From Candidatus Poribacteria bacterium (GTDB lineage: Bacteria; Poribacteria; WGA-4E; GCA-2687025): a DNA stretch of 64,000 nt. The notes below the pieces were generated by a model that saw nothing but the letters and a program-made list of their open reading frames with translations, ran no database searches and was not told the origin of the DNA. The position numbers and the translations under genes are program-made. This document shows, one piece after another, positions 47,737 to 56,007 of the stretch. The stretch spans positions 384,001 to 448,000 of the forward strand of contig OY762492.1 in the NCBI GenBank assembly GCA_963665845.2, read 5' to 3'. Numbering within the stretch: the stretch's first letter is position 1; each line of letters starts with the position of its first letter.

Positions 47737-48909
47737 ATGAAGATGCCTCTAGAAAACGCCTATCGAGAAGCGCAAGCTGTCACGCGCGGACCGCATTGCC
47801 ATTATTTCGGCTATTACGATAAAACGCCGTGGGACGAAACTGGCAGATACCTTCTCGCCATCCAAACAACCTTCATGGACAGACCGCCGCGGCCGGGCGA
47901 AACGGCTGTCCTAGGGCGAATCGATACGCAAAGCGGCAACCTGTGGATCCCCTTCGCCCAAACGCGCGCATGGAACTGGCAGCAAGGTACGATGCTTCAC
48001 TGGCTGGGCCATTCCGCCGACCGCGCGCTGATTCACAACGACCTCCGAGACGGCCGTCTCGTCTCCATCGCGCGCGACCTGTTCACAGGCGGGGAGCGCG
48101 AATATCCGCTGCCCATATATAATGTGAGCAGGGACGGGGCGCAGGCGGTCTCGCTCAATTTTGCCCGCGTCGCGCAGACGCGCCCAGGGTACGGCTACCT
48201 CGGCGCGGACGACCCGACCGACGGCGATCCTTCCCCCGACGAGGACGGCATCTACTGGATGAACTTAGAGACGGGCGAGAATCGGCTCATCATTTCGCTC
48301 GCGCAGATGGCGGGCTATCAACCTGAAGAGAGCATGGACGGCGCGGAGCATTGGTTCAACCACCTGCTGTTTAACCCGTCTGGAACGCGCTTTATTTTTC
48401 TGCATCGATGGAAAAACAGGGAGCGCAGCGCCTGGAGAACGCGCCTCTTCACCGCAAAGCCTGACGGGACGGAGATATGCCCGCTCAACCTGCATGGGAT
48501 GACCTCCCATTTTGACTGGCGCGGCGATACGCATGTTCTCGCGTGGGCTAATGAGCCGGCTGTCGGCAACCGGTTCTTTTTGTATGAAGACATGTCGGAC
48601 GCGAAAGAGGTTGTCGGCGAGGGCGTCCTGACAGCGGACGGCCACTGTTCATATTCGCCGGACGGGCGGTGGATTTTGAACGACGCTTACCCTGACAAAA
48701 CCGGACGCCGCGCGCTCATGCTGTTTGATCCAGCGGAGAATCGGCGGATCGACATCGGACGGTTTCTAGCGCCGAAGGCGCTTCAGGGCGAGATACGGTG
48801 CGACCTCCACCCGCGCTGGAGCAGAGACGGCAAGCAGATATGCATCGACTCCGCGCACGAGGGCAAGCGGCAGATGTACGTTCTGGATGTGAGCGGCCTG
48901 ACCGGCTAA
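47737..48909 (+). CDS. Beta-propeller protein, oligogalacturonate lyase/TolB-like
   Basis: HYFGYYDKTPW, WNWQQG, NHLLFNP, DGHCSYSPDG, RCDLHPRWSRDG. Confidence 0.7.
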   Translation: MKMPLENAYREAQAVTRGPHCHYFGYYDKTPWDETGRYLLAIQTTFMDRPPRPGETAVLGRIDTQSGNLWIPFAQTRAWNWQQGTMLHWLGHSADRALIHNDLRDGRLVSIARDLFTGGEREYPLPIYNVSRDGAQAVSLNFARVAQTRPGYGYLGADDPTDGDPSPDEDGIYWMNLETGENRLIISLAQMAGYQPEESMDGAEHWFNHLLFNPSGTRFIFLHRWKNRERSAWRTRLFTAKPDGTEICPLNLHGMTSHFDWRGDTHVLAWANEPAVGNRFFLYEDMSDAKEVVGEGVLTADGHCSYSPDGRWILNDAYPDKTGRRALMLFDPAENRRIDIGRFLAPKALQGEIRCDLHPRWSRDGKQICIDSAHEGKRQMYVLDVSGLTG

Positions 48910-49099
48910 AACCCCCAACTAAGCCTTTATTGGCGGGAAAAGGCTTCGCCAACCAGATCGCCGCGCGCCTTAAACCCCTAGCTCCTTTCAAGGAGGGAAC
49001 GATCCGCGCCGCCCGCGTCCGCCAGGACGTAAGGTCAGATTAGCGCGCCTGTTTTTTTAATGGTACAGTGAGCTTGCAGCAGCTTAGAAGGAAAGCCCC

Positions 49100-50296
49100 A
49101 TGTCTCACACGCGAACCGCCGCTTTCATTCTCGGAGCGTTGATCGCCGCAGCGGCGCTCAACGCAGCCGCGTCTTCCACGTTGACCGAACCTTACTGTTC
49201 GCACAGCTTCAACCCTGTCAGCCGCCAATGGAGATGCGGTACGCCCCACATCCCCCGTACCAAGCGGAATCTCAGCCCTCCCGTCAACTTAAATACTGTT
49301 CAAGCCAGCCCTCCCGTTATCGGAGACAGCCGAGAATTCTTGATTTACGAAGGCTTCCACAACGGAAAAACAAAAACGACCGCGACGCTTCGCGCCGAGG
49401 GTCCCCGCTGTTATATCTATGTTGAAGATTCAGAGTGGAACCGAGGCGCCGTAACGGAACCCCATGTCCAAACGCTTCTAAACGCTTTTGAAAACGAAAC
49501 CCCAAACTACCCGCGGCGCGGGATCTACGATGTTGTCGCTGCGGATTTTGGGCAGCCCCCCGACATGGACGGCAACAACCGCATCATTTTGCTGATCCTC
49601 AAAACCTACGGCGTAGGGGGCTATGTCTGGTATGGAGACGAGAACAACGCGGACATTCTTTATATCGGGTCTGATTATCACTGGGGGTACGACGCCATCG
49701 CCGCCCATGAATTTCAGCATCTCATCCATTACCGATACGACCAGCGCGAAGAAAACTGGCTCAACGAAGGCGCCTCCGAACTGGCGGAATTTAGATGCGG
49801 GTACGCTGTCCACGCAGACAGTATTTCTGAATTTGAAAAATACTCCCGCATTTCGCTTGTCAAATGGCCGGACTTAGACAGCGCGCATTGGGAGGCGCAC
49901 TACGGCGCCGCGTATCTATGGACGCTGTATTTATATGAGCAATACGGCGGCATCGAAACGGTCCGAGATATTGTTCAAAGCCCTCTTACAGGAGTCTCTG
50001 GCGTTACGAAAGCTCTTCAAGAGAGAGGATACGGCGTCTCCGCCGCCGATGTTTTTGTCGACTGGCGAATCGCTTTGTCCGCCGACAGCGCCTCTGGCGC
50101 CGGCGTTGGCGCGTTTTCAAAATACAGCTTCCGAACGCCGATGTCCATTTCAACGCTGAAAACAGCGACTCCCATGACGATTACCATCAACATCCCGTCC
50201 CGCCTCAAACCCGTACCATCGAAGCATGGGCGGGGCATATTCTTGAGTTCAAAGCGCCTTCCCCTTTACAGCCTTCCCCGCTGCAATTTAAGATGA
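49100..50296 (+). CDS. Secreted zinc metallopeptidase (M30/M6-like); probably the 5' part of a frameshifted gene continuing into the next ORF
   Basis: Signal peptide; AHEFQHLIH and WLNEGASELAE motifs; the downstream frame is open from 49939. Confidence 0.8.
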   Translation: MSHTRTAAFILGALIAAAALNAAASSTLTEPYCSHSFNPVSRQWRCGTPHIPRTKRNLSPPVNLNTVQASPPVIGDSREFLIYEGFHNGKTKTTATLRAEGPRCYIYVEDSEWNRGAVTEPHVQTLLNAFENETPNYPRRGIYDVVAADFGQPPDMDGNNRIILLILKTYGVGGYVWYGDENNADILYIGSDYHWGYDAIAAHEFQHLIHYRYDQREENWLNEGASELAEFRCGYAVHADSISEFEKYSRISLVKWPDLDSAHWEAHYGAAYLWTLYLYEQYGGIETVRDIVQSPLTGVSGVTKALQERGYGVSAADVFVDWRIALSADSASGAGVGAFSKYSFRTPMSISTLKTATPMTITINIPSRLKPVPSKHGRGIFLSSKRLPLYSLPRCNLR

Positions 50297-53200
50297 AGCT
50301 GCCCGACGGCAACGGCGGCGAGTTCAGCGCCGCGGCGATCCTTTATGACCGAAACGGAGCGGCGCTGGCGGCGCGGCCCGTCCAGAAGACAAGCTCTTTC
50401 CGCGTCGCCGACCTGTTTTCTGAAATGGGTACCGACGCCGGCCGCGCTGAAATCGTCCTGGCGTACCATCCCCCAAGCGAAGGCGGCGCCGAAGACATGG
50501 AATACGCTTATGAAGCGTATCGAGAAGGCGCTGTCGATACGCCTAGCGTCAGCGCCGCCGTCAGCGGACCAAGCGGCGTCGTTAAAGAAGACGCATTTGT
50601 TGTATGGATCGCATTCAGCGAGGCGGTCGCCGGCTTCACCAAGTCCGATCTGATTGTGTCGAACGGCGTCGTTGTGAACTTTAGCGGAAGCGGCGCAGCC
50701 TACACGGCAACCATCGACCCGACAAGCCCCGGCAAAGTTACAGCGCTCATTCTAGAAAGCGCCGATGGAGAGTATCAAGATTCAAACGTCTATACGGTCC
50801 GCTATGAACCAGGCGGCGTCAGCAAACCCTCCGTTTTGAGAGGTTTTATCGGGCATGCCGTCTCGGTCGCCTTTTCGCCGGACGGCCGGACGCTCGCCAG
50901 CGGCGGCAATAACAAGATGGTCATCGTCTGGGACGCCGACACCGGCGGACAGATGCGAACGCTTGTCGGACATGAACATCAGATCAATTCGGTAGCGTAT
51001 TCCCCGGACGGACAGACGCTCGCCAGCGCCAGCCATGACAACACGATTCGGCTCTGGGACGCCGGCACGGGCAAACAGACGCGATTGATCGGGCCGCTTT
51101 CGAATTACGCCCTGTCTGTAACGTATTCGCCGGACGGACAGACGCTCGCCAGCGGCGGCTATCAAGATATTAATATCTGGAACGCCGAGACAGGCGCGCT
51201 GATACGGACGATTAGAAATGCGGGCGTATCTCTCGCGTATTCGCCGGACGGGCAGACGCTTGCCGGCAGCGGCTATCAGGGAATTCACATATGGAACGCC
51301 GAGACGGGCGCGCTGATACGCACGCTCGCGGGAATTCCAGGTTGGTCTCGACCCTTGGCGTATTCGCCGGACGGCAGAACGCTCGCCAGCGGCAGCGAAG
51401 ACGGAACGATTCACATGTGGAACGCCCAAACGGGCGCGCTTCTCCGAACGCTCAATGGGCATACGGGCGCGGTCATGTCGCTCGCCTATTCGCCGGACGG
51501 GCGGGCGCTTGTCAGCGGCAGCGCAGACCATACGGTCAAGGTATGGGACGCCAAAACAGGAGCCTTGACCGCAACGTTGACGGATCATGCCGACAGGATC
51601 TGGTCTATCGCGTTTTCGCCGGACGGACAAGCGTTTGCCAGCGGCAGCTTCAGCGAGATACGAATATGGCCGTTTGCCCCTGACTTTGAATCTCTCGCAA
51701 CCGTGACGATTACGGGCCCGATCGGCAGCGTGACAGGCGCGTTTAACATAACGATCGCGTTCAGCAGTCCAGCCGCAGGCTTTGAGGCGTCCGACATCCA
51801 GGTGACGAACGGAGTTGTTACAAGCCTAACGGGCGGCGGCGCAAACTACACGGCGACGATAGAGCCGTCCAAGCGCGGCAAGGTTGAAGCGTATGTTCTC
51901 GCAAACGCCGACAGCAATTACGAAGACTCCAACGTCTATTCGGTCGGTTATGCGCTGGACGGCGTCGGCGCGTCAAGGACGCTGACAGGTTTTATCGGGC
52001 ATGCCGTCTCGGTCGCTTATTCGCCGGACGGACAGACGCTCGCCAGCGGCGGCAATAACAAGATGGTCATCGTCTGGGACGCCGACACGGGAGAACAGAT
52101 GCGAACGCTTGTCGGACATGAACATCAGATCAATTCGGCAGCGTATTCGCCGGACGGACAAGCGCTCGCCAGCGCCAGCCATGACAATACGATTCGGCTT
52201 TGGGACGCCGCCGCCGGCAAACAGACGCGATTGATCGGGCCGCTTTCGAATTACGCCCTGTCTGTAACGTATTCGCCGGACGGCCGGACGCTCGCCAGCG
52301 GCGGCTATCAAGATATTAATATCTGGGACGCCAAGACAGGCGCGCTGATACGGACGCTTCGGAATTCGGGCGTATCCCTTGCGTATTCGCCGGACGGGCA
52401 GACGCTCGCCGGGAGCGGCAATCAAGCGGTACGGATTTGGAACGCCCAAACAGGCGCGTTGATTCGAACTCTTGCGGGGAATCCTGGTTGGATATATTCT
52501 GCTGCGTATTCACCAGACGGACAGATCATCGCAAGCGGCAGCGAAGACGGAACGATTCACATGTGGAACGCCCAAACGGGCGCGCTTCTCCGAACGCTCA
52601 ATGGGCATACGGGCGCCGTCATGTCGCTCGCCTATTCGCCGGACGGGCGGGCGCTTGTCAGCGGCAGCGCAGACCATACGGTCAAGGTATGGGACGCCAA
52701 AACAGGAGCTTTGACCGCAACGTTGACCGATCATGCCGACAGGATCTGGTCTATCGCGTTTTCGCCGGACGGACAAGCGTTCGCCAGCGGCAGCTTCAGC
52801 GAGATACGAATATGGCCGTTTGCCCCTGACTTTGAATCTCTCGCAACCGTGACGATTACGGGCCCGAGCGGCAGCGTGACAGGCGCGTTTAACATAACGA
52901 TCGCGTTCAGCAATCCAGCCGCAGGCTTTGAGGCGTCTGACATCCAGGTGACGAACGGAGTTGTTACAAACCTAACGGGCGGCGGCGCAACCTACACGGC
53001 GACGATAGAGCCGTCCAAGCGCGGCAAGGTTGAGGCGTATGTTCTCGCAAACGCCGACAGCAATTACGAAGACTCCAACGTCTATTCGGTCGGTTATATG
53101 GTGGACGGCGTCGGCGCGCCGAGGACGCTGACAGGTTTTATCGGGTATGCCTCCTCGGTCGCCTATTCGCCGGACGGACAGACGCTCGCCAGCGGCGGCA

Positions 53201-55749
53201 ATAACAAGATGGTCATCGTCTGGGACGCCGACACGGGAGAACAGATGCGAACGCTTGTCGGACATGAACATCAGATCAATTCGGTAGCGTATTCGCCGGA
53301 CGGGCAGACCATTGCCAGCGTCAGCTGGGACAACACGATTCGGCTCTGGGACGCCGGCACGGGCAAACAGACGCGAATGCTTGGCCCGCTTTCGAATTAT
53401 ACCATGTCCATCGTCTTTTCGCCGGACGGACAGACGCTCGCCAGCGCCGGCTACCTAGAGATGAATCTCTGGAACGCCAAGACAGGCGCGCTGCTACGGA
53501 CGCTCAAGAATGCGGGCATTTCCCTTGCGTATTCGCCGGACGGACAGACGCTCGCCAGCGGCGGCAATCAAGAGGTTCGGATTTGGAACGCCAGGACAGG
53601 CGCGTTGATCCGAACCCTCGCGGCGAATTCAGGTTGGACGTATTCGGTCGCCTATTCGCCGGACGGACAGACCATCGCAAGCGGCAGCGGCGACGGAATA
53701 ATTCACATGTGGAACGCCAAGACAGGCGCGCTTCTCCGAACGCTCGCGGCGCATACGGACGAGGTCATGTCGGTCGCCTATTCGCCGGACGGCATGGCGC
53801 TTGTCAGCGGCAGCTCTGACCATACGGTCAAGGTATGGAACGCCAAAACAGGCGCATTGACCGCAACGTTGACGGATCATACCGACAGGGTTATGTCTAT
53901 TGCGTTTTCGCCGGACGGACAAGCGTTCGCCAGCGGCAGCTTCAGCGAGATACGAATATGGCCGTTCGCCCCTGACTTTGAATCTTTCGCAACCGTGACG
54001 ATTGCCGGACCGAGCGGCAGCGTAAGCGGCGCGTTTGAGATCGCCATCGCGTTCAGCGAAGCGGTCGATGGGTTTGAAGCGTCAGACATCCAGGTGACGA
54101 ACGGAGCGGTAACAAGCCTGACGGGCGGCGGCGCAGCCTATACAGCAACGATCAAGCCGTCCAAACCGGGCGGCGTTGCCGTGAAAATCCCCGCCAACGC
54201 CGCGGGGAACAACGAAGCCTCCAACGAATACGCTGTCGATTACGAACCGCCTTCGTTAGCCCATACGGGCGGAATCTTAGCGGCGGCGTATTCGCCCGAC
54301 GGCTCCGCTGTAGCCACCGCCGCCGCGGACGACGCCGTCCTGATATGGGACGCTGAGTTGGAAATCGCCCGCCTTAAACTAACAGGACATACGGGCGATG
54401 TCCGTTCCGCCGCCTTCTCGACGGACGGAGCCATGCTCGCCACGGGAAGCGCCGACCATACGATACGCGTCTGGAACGCCGACACAGGGGCGCATGTCCG
54501 AACGCTGGAGGGACATACGGACGATGTTTACGCCGTCGATTATTCGCCGGACGGCTCCGCCATTGTCAGCGGAAGCGGCGACCGTACCGTTCGGCTGTGG
54601 AGCGCCGAAACAGGAAAGCTGTTGAAAACGATGCCGCAGCATTCAGGGCCGGTTCGGACGGCCGCCTTTTCGCCGGACGGCTCCCTTCTCGCCAGCGGAA
54701 GCGGCGACAAAACGGTCCGCCTCTGGAACGCGCAGACCGGCAAGCTTCTCGCCACAATGAAAGAGCATGCCCGGACGATCTACTCGGTCGCCTTTTCGCC
54801 CGACGGAAAGGTCTTGGCGAGCGGCAGCGCCGATAAAACGATTCGCTTTTGGGATGTTTCGTCGCAGTCGCTGATCCATACCCGTACAGCGGGCGGGTCT
54901 GGAGGTCTCCTGTTTTCGGTCGCCTTTTCGCCGGACGGCTCCACGCTCGCCTCCGGAAACCAGGACGGAACCGTCCAGCTCTGGGCGTCCGGAAACGGCC
55001 GCCTTCTAGAGACGCTGGAGGGGCATACTGGAACCGTTTACGCGGTCGCCTACTCGCCCGACAGCCAAACGCTCATCAGCGGCAGCCGCGATAAAACATT
55101 GCGCTTCTGGTCATTGCCCTCGCCCCAGCTGGACGCCAACGGCGACGGCGTTGTGGACATTGCCGATTTAGCGCATATCGCAGCGAACTACGGAAGCGGC
55201 GGCGGCAGCGGCGCGGATGTCAACGGCGACGGGGTCGTCGACATCGCCGACGTTCTGCTGGTTGTGGACGCCCTGGCTGGACAGGCCGGCGCGGTTGCGG
55301 CGGCTCCGGCGTTGGCGTCTTTGCGGGATGCTCCTTCCGTTCCGCAGGTTTCGGCATGGCTGAACGACGCCGACCGGCTGCTTGTCCGCAGCGACTCGGC
55401 GAAGCGCGGCATTGCCGTCTTGGAGGATATGCTTCGGTCGCCGCGGCAGGCAGCGTCCACAAGCGCGCTCCTGCCGAATTATCCAAACCCGTTCAACCCA
55501 GAGACCTGGATTCCGTTCGATCTGTCGGAAGCCTCCCGCGTGAAGCTGACGATCTACAACGCCGCCGGTCAAACCGTCCGCGTTTTAGAACTGGGCGAAT
55601 TGCCGGCGGGCGCCTACCGCAGCCGCGCTAAAGCCGCCCATTGGGACGGACGCAACGCCCTCGGCGAACCAGCCGCCGCCGGCATCTACTTTGTACGCAT
55701 CGAGGCGGGTTCGTTCACGGCGCTTCGGCGCATGGTTGTGTTGAAGTAG
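50293..55749 (+). CDS. Giant modular protein: 4 x (Ig-like + WD40 propeller), dockerin-like EF-hand pair, C-terminal FlgD-Ig/T9SS-A-like domain
   Basis: About 28 SPDG-type WD blades; DANGDGVVDIADL x2; NYPNPFNPETWIPF; no signal peptide of its own. Confidence 0.9.
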   Translation: MKLPDGNGGEFSAAAILYDRNGAALAARPVQKTSSFRVADLFSEMGTDAGRAEIVLAYHPPSEGGAEDMEYAYEAYREGAVDTPSVSAAVSGPSGVVKEDAFVVWIAFSEAVAGFTKSDLIVSNGVVVNFSGSGAAYTATIDPTSPGKVTALILESADGEYQDSNVYTVRYEPGGVSKPSVLRGFIGHAVSVAFSPDGRTLASGGNNKMVIVWDADTGGQMRTLVGHEHQINSVAYSPDGQTLASASHDNTIRLWDAGTGKQTRLIGPLSNYALSVTYSPDGQTLASGGYQDINIWNAETGALIRTIRNAGVSLAYSPDGQTLAGSGYQGIHIWNAETGALIRTLAGIPGWSRPLAYSPDGRTLASGSEDGTIHMWNAQTGALLRTLNGHTGAVMSLAYSPDGRALVSGSADHTVKVWDAKTGALTATLTDHADRIWSIAFSPDGQAFASGSFSEIRIWPFAPDFESLATVTITGPIGSVTGAFNITIAFSSPAAGFEASDIQVTNGVVTSLTGGGANYTATIEPSKRGKVEAYVLANADSNYEDSNVYSVGYALDGVGASRTLTGFIGHAVSVAYSPDGQTLASGGNNKMVIVWDADTGEQMRTLVGHEHQINSAAYSPDGQALASASHDNTIRLWDAAAGKQTRLIGPLSNYALSVTYSPDGRTLASGGYQDINIWDAKTGALIRTLRNSGVSLAYSPDGQTLAGSGNQAVRIWNAQTGALIRTLAGNPGWIYSAAYSPDGQIIASGSEDGTIHMWNAQTGALLRTLNGHTGAVMSLAYSPDGRALVSGSADHTVKVWDAKTGALTATLTDHADRIWSIAFSPDGQAFASGSFSEIRIWPFAPDFESLATVTITGPSGSVTGAFNITIAFSNPAAGFEASDIQVTNGVVTNLTGGGATYTATIEPSKRGKVEAYVLANADSNYEDSNVYSVGYMVDGVGAPRTLTGFIGYASSVAYSPDGQTLASGGNNKMVIVWDADTGEQMRTLVGHEHQINSVAYSPDGQTIASVSWDNTIRLWDAGTGKQTRMLGPLSNYTMSIVFSPDGQTLASAGYLEMNLWNAKTGALLRTLKNAGISLAYSPDGQTLASGGNQEVRIWNARTGALIRTLAANSGWTYSVAYSPDGQTIASGSGDGIIHMWNAKTGALLRTLAAHTDEVMSVAYSPDGMALVSGSSDHTVKVWNAKTGALTATLTDHTDRVMSIAFSPDGQAFASGSFSEIRIWPFAPDFESFATVTIAGPSGSVSGAFEIAIAFSEAVDGFEASDIQVTNGAVTSLTGGGAAYTATIKPSKPGGVAVKIPANAAGNNEASNEYAVDYEPPSLAHTGGILAAAYSPDGSAVATAAADDAVLIWDAELEIARLKLTGHTGDVRSAAFSTDGAMLATGSADHTIRVWNADTGAHVRTLEGHTDDVYAVDYSPDGSAIVSGSGDRTVRLWSAETGKLLKTMPQHSGPVRTAAFSPDGSLLASGSGDKTVRLWNAQTGKLLATMKEHARTIYSVAFSPDGKVLASGSADKTIRFWDVSSQSLIHTRTAGGSGGLLFSVAFSPDGSTLASGNQDGTVQLWASGNGRLLETLEGHTGTVYAVAYSPDSQTLISGSRDKTLRFWSLPSPQLDANGDGVVDIADLAHIAANYGSGGGSGADVNGDGVVDIADVLLVVDALAGQAGAVAAAPALASLRDAPSVPQVSAWLNDADRLLVRSDSAKRGIAVLEDMLRSPRQAASTSALLPNYPNPFNPETWIPFDLSEASRVKLTIYNAAGQTVRVLELGELPAGAYRSRAKAAHWDGRNALGEPAAAGIYFVRIEAGSFTALRRMVVLK
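50841..54130 (+). repeat. 1146-bp intragenic tandem triplication (WD40 propeller + Ig-like domain)
   Basis: aggttttatcggg recurs at 50841, 51987 and 53133; long near-identical stretches. Confidence 0.92.
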
Positions 55750-55839
55750 GGTATATCTGTTGGCGCGGCAGCGCAAAGTGGCAGCGCAAGATTTAGTATA
55801 TGATGTTAGGGCATCGCAAACCAACTACTGTGTCAGGAG

Positions 55840-55993
55840 GGCAGTCTCTATAGGCGATGATTATGGTTTAGAGAACCGTTTTGGAATGCGAAAGCTCTCT
55901 GGGAAAACTCTGGATCCCCCGCTTGCGCGGGAATGACTGCCTGGATCTGCAGGCCGTCGCACAAAATGCGTATCATCGCCTGTATGTACTGCC
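55840..55993. mobile_element. GGCAGT-type MITE (154 bp) with 8-bp TSD gtcaggag
   Basis: TIRs ggcagtctctataggcgatgat / atcatcgcctgtatgtactgcc; gtcaggag at 55832-55839 and 55994-56001. Confidence 0.9.
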
Positions 55994-56007
55994 GTCAGGA
56001 GACTCCG

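Noticed and set aside
55933-56007. N-terminal extension of the 1328-aa ORF
   Set aside because: Derived from the inserted MITE; the RBS and signal peptide point to ATG 56008.
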